IMG/VR virus record: IMGVR_UViG_3300025655_000079
Location: 1-42,358 of that record
From: a virus
Lineage: Duplodnaviria; Caudoviricetes
Direction: 5' to 3' (one strand)
Length of the DNA: 42,358 bases
The position numbers were made by a program, and so were the translations under genes. How positions within the stretch are numbered: position 1 is the first letter of the stretch; each line of letters starts with the position of its first letter. The notes under the pieces were generated by a model that was not told the origin of the DNA, did not search any database, and was given only the letters and a program-made list of their open reading frames with translations. Shown in pieces: positions 35,363-42,358 of this stretch.

Positions 35363-37756
35363 TTAAATAACCCCTATATTTGAGAAACCGCCTTCAGGGG
35401 CGTATGGGATGTTAGCATTAGCTTCAAACTTGTTTTTGTATCTAATTTTTGTGTCATAAGAAAGCATATCTATATCATTGCCTTGATAAAAATCCCCTAT
35501 TTTCATATTCTCACCAATACTATATGAATACACGATCTCTTGTCTTTCTTTGTGGATAACAAATACTTTATTAATAGACCTTTGAGAATATGGCATATTC
35601 AAATCTGTACATAAGCACAGATATATAAGCCCGTCATTGTAATCTATCCACGAAGAATAGGACTGCCCCATACCGGGCTCTTTCACAAAATGCGGTATGC
35701 AGGCTTCTCCGAATTTAAATGGTTGTCCACGTAAAAGCCCTATTTGAATAAACACTTCCGGACAACAGATTTCATCTTCAATCCAGTCGTTCAAACTAGC
35801 GTTTGCCATTTGATCCCCAACGCCACGAAAGTAATAATCAATCGCAGGTTCATTTTCAGAAACCTGAAAAGTAAAACCTTCTATCGTAGCATATGTAGTG
35901 TGGTAATGATGGTGGGGGAACGCATAACTTAATTCACGAAGTTTAGAGTCTTGTGGATATACCGTACTATTACCTGTGTAGCCCATAACATAGGAATAAG
36001 GGTGGGATTCTAAATGGTATAAAGCAAACCGTTTACGTAAATCTACTTCATATAAATCAGCAAACACTGCGGGAGAACGACGTTCTCTACCCCAACATGG
36101 TTGATCGTCTCCGATAGCAGAAGGATACACCTCGGTAGAGCCTGAAGAATATTTGTCTGTCCTAATATCACCGCCAGATCTAAATATTTCTTGGAAAACT
36201 TCCCCATCAAGCGCTTCATTAAACTCTATGATTTTAGGGTAGATTGCAAAATAATGTTTTTCTTCTGCGCGCGCTCTACTATCAAAATACATACTAATAT
36301 CTGGCGGGTAGTAGAGCAGCTTTGTACCTTTTACAAAAAAAGCTGCTTCAAACGCATCAGAGTAAAACCAGTCGTATGAACCGGCAGTAGGAGTGTATGT
36401 TTCTACAGTTGCTACATAAGACTGTAACGTAACTAATTGGTCGTTATAAAAGTCAACGCTAAGTACAGTTGCAGCCCCGTTATTATAGCGATGTAGTATA
36501 TCATCCTCGCCTACAGGTTCTTCAAGATCAACAGTCAACGTATTAGAAGAAGCCCCGGGCGACCTAGTAATAGTTATCTCGGGATTGTTTTTCTCATCAA
36601 ATATAATATTTAACTCTAGGATCTCTCGGCTAAAAGTAGCACTAGATTGTTCTTCGCCGCTTTTAGGGATATAACAAAAATCACGTATAGCCGCTGCGCG
36701 TTTGCCTGTTGAATCAAATGACCAAACACTACAATTACGTTCAGGAGACATATAGATAACTTCATCTGATACATATCCATTGTTCGGATAAATCCTACCA
36801 TCAGACTTATACATATAACTAAAGTCGAATGCTTTTAATACGTATTCGCTAGATCCCAATCTAGCTAAATAATAAGCCTCTTTTTGCGTGCCGTAATCTG
36901 GATCGTGATCCGCTACAACAGCAGAAACATAAGCAGCACCATCAATAATAACTATTGATGCGCCGGTTACGATATAATTACCCGGCACAGTATGGACGAG
37001 CCTTCCGTCCTTATATATGCGGTTTGTAAAAGCTAGTACCGTATCAAGGTCGTCATCATACAAATTAGCCGTATTGTTCCAACGGTATTTCCCGTTCGTT
37101 ATTTTACGAACGCCGCCGTACCTATTTTTAACCGTAGGATAGCTCTCGCACATTGTACCGAGAGTCATATATTGACCTAATTTACCGTAGTTCCAAAATC
37201 CATTTGCTTTACATTGTTGCCCTATTTTTACTTGTAATTGGTCGTGCAATTCAGTTGCGTGTCTAGATGGTAATCCGTCCCAAGAAATAACGGTCTTTCC
37301 TGTCTTATTAACCCAGTTAGTAACTCCGTATAAAACCTCAGTTCTATCGTTATTCGGCCAGTTCCAGTACATAGTAGTAGCAGGAGGGACTGTAATAGTA
37401 GCTGTTTTGTTTGATGGGCTTTCAGGAGTTCCGTATGTAAAGACAACTTTATTTTGTTTATCCAAAATAACATTTGTATTTGGATCGTAAGGTGCGCCCC
37501 ACCCATACGGATGGTTATCGTCATAAGGCCATCCGGCGAACCTACGAACAACTGGCTCTGCTTGAATGTATATAGAGCGTATACCTTGAGTAATAACGCG
37601 AATCGTTACGTTATTATCAGGATCAACGAAGACTGTACGAGTATAAAGTCCTAACTTGAGCGTTTGCTCAAATACTGTCCGGGCATAAGGCAACCACCTT
37701 GCGGCGATTGTCTTATCTCCCAGAAGTACTTTCTTAATGGGTTTCCCATCAGACAT
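35363..37756 (-). CDS. Tyr-rich beta-structured tail/receptor-binding-like protein, 797 aa
   Basis: Long ORF in the tail block; AT-rich; aromatic-rich. Confidence 0.7.
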   Translation of the reverse strand: MSDGKPIKKVLLGDKTIAARWLPYARTVFEQTLKLGLYTRTVFVDPDNNVTIRVITQGIRSIYIQAEPVVRRFAGWPYDDNHPYGWGAPYDPNTNVILDKQNKVVFTYGTPESPSNKTATITVPPATTMYWNWPNNDRTEVLYGVTNWVNKTGKTVISWDGLPSRHATELHDQLQVKIGQQCKANGFWNYGKLGQYMTLGTMCESYPTVKNRYGGVRKITNGKYRWNNTANLYDDDLDTVLAFTNRIYKDGRLVHTVPGNYIVTGASIVIIDGAAYVSAVVADHDPDYGTQKEAYYLARLGSSEYVLKAFDFSYMYKSDGRIYPNNGYVSDEVIYMSPERNCSVWSFDSTGKRAAAIRDFCYIPKSGEEQSSATFSREILELNIIFDEKNNPEITITRSPGASSNTLTVDLEEPVGEDDILHRYNNGAATVLSVDFYNDQLVTLQSYVATVETYTPTAGSYDWFYSDAFEAAFFVKGTKLLYYPPDISMYFDSRARAEEKHYFAIYPKIIEFNEALDGEVFQEIFRSGGDIRTDKYSSGSTEVYPSAIGDDQPCWGRERRSPAVFADLYEVDLRKRFALYHLESHPYSYVMGYTGNSTVYPQDSKLRELSYAFPHHHYHTTYATIEGFTFQVSENEPAIDYYFRGVGDQMANASLNDWIEDEICCPEVFIQIGLLRGQPFKFGEACIPHFVKEPGMGQSYSSWIDYNDGLIYLCLCTDLNMPYSQRSINKVFVIHKERQEIVYSYSIGENMKIGDFYQGNDIDMLSYDTKIRYKNKFEANANIPYAPEGGFSNIGVI

Positions 37757-38249
37757 CAGATGCGGTCAGTGTGTATGTCACGACCAACTCGTCGCCACTG
37801 ATAACTGAGCGAGCATTAGTAAACAACGCAACAGAAATCAACTTACCAGAAGTAGACTGCTTGGCCGAGTTAGAAGCCAAAAACACGCCGTACATAGTCT
37901 TAGTAGCGTTGATTGTAAAAGTAGCTCTGGAAGCAGAGTTAGTTACGGCATTACCAGTTGCGGCAACTGTATCCCACAACACGCGAGTACCTTCTGTGTA
38001 AGCTGTGGACTCAGTAGCTCTGGAAGAAATATTAGCCGCTGTATCGTCTGCTTGCGGAGTGTAGTTTGCTTCGTAAAGAGCAAGATACCATGCAGTAATC
38101 TGCGTAGCACCATTTAAAGTAACATCAAGCAAGTGAGAAAGTCCTTCGTCACACACCAGATTAGGGAAAGTTTGTGAGTCTATAATCTCACCATTGCGAA
38201 CGTGGTCTACGGTGTAATAACCCTTCGCTAAAGTTGTATCTGCGCTCAT
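37749..38249 (-). CDS. Small beta-sandwich tail/fibre subunit-like protein, 166 aa
   Basis: NLVCDEGL, WYLALY, TNSASRATFTINAT, SGDELVVTYTLT. Confidence 0.75.
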   Translation of the reverse strand: MSADTTLAKGYYTVDHVRNGEIIDSQTFPNLVCDEGLSHLLDVTLNGATQITAWYLALYEANYTPQADDTAANISSRATESTAYTEGTRVLWDTVAATGNAVTNSASRATFTINATKTMYGVFLASNSAKQSTSGKLISVALFTNARSVISGDELVVTYTLTASDV

Positions 38250-38259
38250 TGATTTAGTC

Positions 38260-39552
38260 CTATGTTAAAATTACGCCGTTTCTGATAACTTCAGCGACAG
38301 CCACATCAGAAGTATATATCCTGTTTTGTTCCCCGTCACGAGTACGTGAAACCCCAATATATTGGTTTTTACCGTCTTGTTGGCGGAACATAGCATTAGC
38401 CAAATCACCAACTCTAGGTACATATTTCGTTTCAGTGAGATTTCTGAAACTGCCGCCCTGCAATCCGGCACAGAGTCCCGCCTCAGACATCCACATTGCA
38501 ACCAAACCGTTCTGACCATCAGCCCCAAAAACCCGCTGATCGAGCTTAACCGCAGTACCCTCAATCGCCGGATAATGCGCCTTCATCTGCATCTGGGACT
38601 GGTTTATATCTGTACCTGTCAGAAGGTAAATATTGCTCTCATCTGAAATATACAATGAATCCTCAACGCTGATTACCATCAAGATCCTACTTGGCATCAT
38701 AATGAAGTCAGTGAAGAGATTCGTCAGTCCGTATTGGAAGGGCTGAGAGAAATATAATACGTTATCTTTGGCTACGAAAAGACGACCACCGTGTTGGCAC
38801 AGATGCGTACCCGCTGGCATCATATCCATAAATTGCGTACGCAGAGCATGGCCAGTACTAGGCAGTGTATTAATCTCGTAATACGTAGCACCTGTAGCAA
38901 CCGCCGAAGACAGGTAAAAAACTGCTCCGTTAGCTGTAGTACAGTATATGTTGTAATGTGTAACTGACTCGCCATGCGAAACAGGCAAGCCCTGCACATT
39001 AATTCCGCCTACGTCTGCTAGGTCGATGTAAGTGCTAAAAGTTGCACCCGATTCCCGCCCTAGAGAGTCAACGGCTGTAAATACGACCCCATACCGACCT
39101 GCCGGAAGTACACCCGTAGTGGATGTCAGGACGGGTCTAGTTGTAGGAATCGGAGTGCTCATAGGGGCGTGGGAACCGTCAGTTTTAACCACCCCTGTCA
39201 CTTTGCCATCGGAGTAATAAACGTCGCCGTTTATATCCTCGTAATAAACCTTACCGAACCTAGAAACACCAGTTCTGATCGAATCGGCAGAGTAATCTGA
39301 ATTTAACTGTTTAAGTGTGCCGTCTTCTACGAAAAGCGTAATGCTTTCGTTAGACCACAAACTATGTATATTTGTACCATTGTAACGCTTAGTGTACCCC
39401 TGACGACGGGTAATCTTACCTTTAGCGTCGATGTCGATATTAATGCCGCGAGTAAGTTCGCCATTCTGTAAAGTAGAATGGGCGTCAACATTATTGATAC
39501 CAGAAAATGCCCGGATATTGTTAGCCGAGTCGTTACGAATATTAGTAGCCAC
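38260..39552 (-). CDS. Tail nozzle/stabilisation protein (P22 gp10 / T7 gp12-like), 430 aa
   Basis: FSGINN...NIDID..G.ITRRQGY N-terminus; GGRLFVA....LYFSQP propeller blades; follows the adaptor gene. Confidence 0.7.
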   Translation of the reverse strand: MATNIRNDSANNIRAFSGINNVDAHSTLQNGELTRGINIDIDAKGKITRRQGYTKRYNGTNIHSLWSNESITLFVEDGTLKQLNSDYSADSIRTGVSRFGKVYYEDINGDVYYSDGKVTGVVKTDGSHAPMSTPIPTTRPVLTSTTGVLPAGRYGVVFTAVDSLGRESGATFSTYIDLADVGGINVQGLPVSHGESVTHYNIYCTTANGAVFYLSSAVATGATYYEINTLPSTGHALRTQFMDMMPAGTHLCQHGGRLFVAKDNVLYFSQPFQYGLTNLFTDFIMMPSRILMVISVEDSLYISDESNIYLLTGTDINQSQMQMKAHYPAIEGTAVKLDQRVFGADGQNGLVAMWMSEAGLCAGLQGGSFRNLTETKYVPRVGDLANAMFRQQDGKNQYIGVSRTRDGEQNRIYTSDVAVAEVIRNGVILT

Positions 39553-40225
39553 CGTATCTCACCACACCCGGTTTACGAGTCAGTTTGGTATTCTCGATTC
39601 GGAAACGCTCGATCTCCGTCATAAACTGCTGAAGCAGACCTTGCGACATACGCGGGTCATACATATCAGAGTCATGTTTGTTATAAGCACGCGCTCTTGC
39701 AAACACAAGTAAAGAGCGCTGATGTCTACGATCAGTCAGTTCCGTAGTCTGGGAAGTGGCTGTTAATGGTTTAAGAGGGAGGCGACTATAACTAAGCTCA
39801 AGAGAGTCATCGGCATCAGGTATAGGAGCCAGACGCCCCTCCCCTTGTGTATCATCCAACACAAGGAATGCCGGGATACCCGTTTCACTTTCCCAATTCG
39901 AAATGACTCTGCCATAGTCATCGGATGACATGAGCGTGTCCATTTCGTTAAAGTTTCGCAAACCAAGCGGTGTATCCCGATTAGTTGCCAATGTAGCCCT
40001 TCGAACACGTATCAATCCTTCTGGTAACGTGACATAAGGATTTGCGGCAGTTACCGTAATAGCAACGCCGCGCTCCTTGAATATTTCAGTGTGCATGGCG
40101 AACTCAGTCTGAGCCTCATCCAAGAAGTCGATTATTTCATCGTCTGTCCAGAGATATGGCTGAACCACATCATCCATTTCCGTACGGAACTTGGAGACCA
40201 ACTCATCTAACGTGAATCCGGCCAT
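39542..40225 (-). CDS. Head-tail adaptor (tail tubular A-like), 227 aa
   Basis: TLDELV..FR...DD....LWTDDEI.DFLDEAQ, L.PIPD and H...L..FA..RAY.K motifs. Confidence 0.8.
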   Translation of the reverse strand: MAGFTLDELVSKFRTEMDDVVQPYLWTDDEIIDFLDEAQTEFAMHTEIFKERGVAITVTAANPYVTLPEGLIRVRRATLATNRDTPLGLRNFNEMDTLMSSDDYGRVISNWESETGIPAFLVLDDTQGEGRLAPIPDADDSLELSYSRLPLKPLTATSQTTELTDRRHQRSLLVFARARAYNKHDSDMYDPRMSQGLLQQFMTEIERFRIENTKLTRKPGVVRYGGY

Positions 40226-40228
40226 TTA

Positions 40229-40609
40229 CTAATCCTCTTGAGCTTGACGCTCCTTGTAATCGTTCCACAGGTCACGAATTTCTATGGAATCGACGTGAAA
40301 ACCAACATTGGTTTTAACGACAGTAGACTTTGGAACACCGTGAGCATTGAAGTCATTACGGTTGTTTTCAGCTACCATTTTATCAAATTCTTGGAACAGG
40401 ATGTCTTTCCTGCGAATACCGACCGGAACTGTAACCGGCTTTACTTCCTCTACTTCAGGCATTTCTTGCCCTTCAGCGGGAATAGCTCCCTTGGCCATTA
40501 CATCTTCCATCATCTCTGGTGGAACATGGGTAGGGATGTTTTTCTGAAACCTAATTGCGTGTCCAGACAGACCAGACACAGTAATGTCACGGTTCATGAC
40601 CATTTTCAT
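40229..40609 (-). CDS. Hypothetical protein, 126 aa
   Basis: GGAG RBS; DFNAHGVPK motif; between the capsid and adaptor genes. Confidence 0.75.
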   Translation of the reverse strand: MKMVMNRDITVSGLSGHAIRFQKNIPTHVPPEMMEDVMAKGAIPAEGQEMPEVEEVKPVTVPVGIRRKDILFQEFDKMVAENNRNDFNAHGVPKSTVVKTNVGFHVDSIEIRDLWNDYKERQAQED

Positions 40610-40624
40610 ATTTTGTTCTCCGGA

Positions 40625-40656
40625 AACAAAAGGGAAAAGGGGGCCGAAGCCCCCTC
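40625..40656 (-). terminator. Rho-independent terminator after the capsid genes
   Basis: Minus strand GAGGGGGC-TTCG-GCCCCCTT followed by an interrupted T tract. Confidence 0.85.
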
Positions 40657-40660
40657 AGTC

Positions 40661-41056
40661 TTACGGCTGTGACTCGGTGCCACGACCATCGATAACATAC
40701 TGTACTTCGACGAACATAGAACCTGCGGAAAGACCGCCGCCTGCGCTTGTCAGAGTAACGTAAATGCCATCAAGGGTGTCTGCTTCACCATCTGTACCAG
40801 TGAACGCTGTCAGGCCAGTAGACTGAGCAGAGGTAGTGGTCAGATATTTGTTAGCAGTAGTGCTATCACCGATTACAACATCGTCAGAGGTAACTGAATC
40901 AAAAGCAGTAGTTACGCCCAGACTACCTGCGAGGACGCGAGCGCCACCCGGAAGTTTCATAGCCAGTGTAGCAACACCGGAAGTCAGATCATCAAAATTG
41001 ATAACCTGTTTGCCGACGAGGATCGTTTGACGATCAGAGTTAAGTACGAGTGCCAT
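40661..41056 (-). CDS. Capsid decoration/cement-like protein, 131 aa
   Basis: LPGGARVL.G...VTTAFDS......IGDS jelly-roll-like pattern; between the MCP and the terminator. Confidence 0.7.
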   Translation of the reverse strand: MALVLNSDRQTILVGKQVINFDDLTSGVATLAMKLPGGARVLAGSLGVTTAFDSVTSDDVVIGDSTTANKYLTTTSAQSTGLTAFTGTDGEADTLDGIYVTLTSAGGGLSAGSMFVEVQYVIDGRGTESQP

Positions 41057-41070
41057 TGTTAAGTTCCCCC

Positions 41071-42195
41071 TTAAATAGCAGTATCAATACAGAGAACACC
41101 GAAGTCTTCTTCTGTACCATTGTACTGTGATTGGAACTTAGGTTTCAGCATACCCATGATTTTGCCGACAGAGATACCCTGTTGGTTATCATAGTCAAAG
41201 CCCTTCTCAACCCATTCAGGCATACCGATGTCTGCGTAGCCCATTGCCTGAGCACCGCACAGCAGTACGCGCTGACCGTCAACAGTACCAGAAGAACCCC
41301 ATTTAGAACCAGAGGCCAAACCAGAAGTGTTGTAGACATGACGGTATTCGCGGATGGCCAGACCATCAACGTAGATAACATCAGTGCCTTTGAACAGCGG
41401 GTTAGAGTCAGAACGAGCCATTGCATTACGGTATGCAGCCAAGAAGTCCTGATCCAGTTTCAGTTTAGCCAAACCGCGTGGAGTCATGAAAACATTGTAA
41501 ACTTCCATGCCCTCAGAACCACGGATAGGCTTGATGAAGTTGTCTTTAGCGTATGCCTTTGCTTCAACAAGCATATTCCAAGAGACATAGTCACCAGTAC
41601 CGATAGCACCATTCACCATATCGGTGTGGCTAACAGCAACCAGAGATTTAGTACCTTCATCCCACTGTTTGTGACGATTAGCGGTAGGGGCTGAAACATC
41701 AGACGCATACGCCAGATATTGCAGATCAGAACCAGTACGCAGAGCGCCATTAGTGTGATACTGATAACCAACGCCTGACAGAGTCAGGAAAGCCAGTTGG
41801 TCAGAACGGTCAGCCATCCAGTAAGCCAGTACGTCGCGTGAGTTTTCACGGAAACGAATTACTGATTTCTGTTCGGCCATACGACCTTCGTGACGATTCG
41901 CATGACGCAGTTGGTCAATCTGAATCACCTGATCGTATGCTTTTCCGGCTTCTTCGTTGCCTTCCAGTGTACGATCTCCTGCAACACCATCACCCTCAAG
42001 GTCAGCAACCAGAGTGATAACTGCACGAGCACCACGCTCATCTTTGGTCAACTCAGTAATACGCTGAATCATAGAATCAGCACCAGAGCCCATGTAACGA
42101 TTCATGAACTGGTTATTACGAGCGGCCTTCCATACATCACGCGCCCAAACCGTTTTTTCTTCGGTGGTCAGCGCGGCATAGTTAGTAGTAGCCAT
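41071..42195 (-). CDS. Major capsid protein, N4-gp56/DUF4043-type (start revised to MATTNY, 374 aa)
   Basis: IQRITELTK, GD.TLEGNEE, IDQLRHA, NPLFKG, LLCGAQA, DYDNQ.GIS, EDFGV; GGAGAG RBS. Confidence 0.92.
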   Translation of the reverse strand: MATTNYAALTTEEKTVWARDVWKAARNNQFMNRYMGSGADSMIQRITELTKDERGARAVITLVADLEGDGVAGDRTLEGNEEAGKAYDQVIQIDQLRHANRHEGRMAEQKSVIRFRENSRDVLAYWMADRSDQLAFLTLSGVGYQYHTNGALRTGSDLQYLAYASDVSAPTANRHKQWDEGTKSLVAVSHTDMVNGAIGTGDYVSWNMLVEAKAYAKDNFIKPIRGSEGMEVYNVFMTPRGLAKLKLDQDFLAAYRNAMARSDSNPLFKGTDVIYVDGLAIREYRHVYNTSGLASGSKWGSSGTVDGQRVLLCGAQAMGYADIGMPEWVEKGFDYDNQQGISVGKIMGMLKPKFQSQYNGTEEDFGVLCIDTAI

Positions 42196-42214
42196 TACGC
42201 TCTCCATAAAAAAT

Positions 42215-42320
42215 TAAAGTTAAGTTTCATTCTGTTTATCGCACAGATAACGTTTTTTCAGCACTTAAGGCGTACAGAACCTAACTCATTTCGGAGAGTT
42301 AACCGAAGAATATGAGAAGT
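42215..42320 (-). promoter_or_regulatory. Structured 5' leader of the capsid gene
   Basis: Several complementary segments, including a pseudoknot-capable TTCGG/CCGAA plus TAACTC/GAGTTA pair. Confidence 0.45.
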
Positions 42321-42325
42321 GTAGA

Positions 42326-42358
42326 CTAAACAAAATCACCACGCAACTCAGCCTTCTT
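42326..42358 (-). CDS. C-terminal end of a probable scaffold protein (KKAELRGDFV*), truncated by the window edge
   Basis: Open frame from the edge to TAG; position directly upstream of the MCP; LRGD-type ending. Confidence 0.55.
   Translation of the reverse strand, partial: KKAELRGDFV

Noticed and set aside
24304-42315. Many 60-190 aa plus-strand ORFs opposite structural genes (e.g. 26682-27176, 40238-40672, 41131-41694)
   Set aside because: Antisense shadows expected from codon bias; no convincing RBS or protein-like motifs.
1-42358. CRISPR array, tRNA, integrase, intron/intein, or stop-codon reassignment
   Set aside because: No spaced direct repeats or cloverleafs seen; intergenic gaps are tiny; PolA is contiguous; genes tile fully in the standard code and use all three stops.

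Overview
Dense fragment of a tailed dsDNA bacteriophage genome, most consistent with a podovirus-like phage. It has an N4-gp56/DUF4043-type major capsid protein, adaptor and nozzle genes, and three ejection-protein-like genes; I see no tail tube, sheath or tape-measure genes. The left arm (1-5116, +) is a replication module: SNF2-type helicase C-terminus, family A DNA polymerase, putative SSB and VRR-NUC nuclease. The right arm (5226-42358, -) is one long, tightly coupled late region: scaffold end, capsid, neck/tail, ejection proteins including a 2517-aa protein with a zincin motif, a ~15 kb two-module accessory fibre/appendage cassette, and a lysis block with six small membrane or accessory genes plus a T4-type lysozyme. 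The best non-obvious signal is at the junction of the arms. A near-consensus sigma70 promoter (TTGACT-17-TAAACT) precedes a ~78-nt structured, terminator-ended RNA whose first loop exposes an anti-Shine-Dalgarno sequence complementary to the RBS/AUG of the phage's own replication genes. Other highlights are unannotated micro-ORFs, a pseudoknot-capable capsid leader, Cys-bearing repeat 'spine' proteins paired with small beta subunits, an apparently split nozzle, and atypical PolA motifs. All family assignments come from motif recognition by eye; no searches were run.
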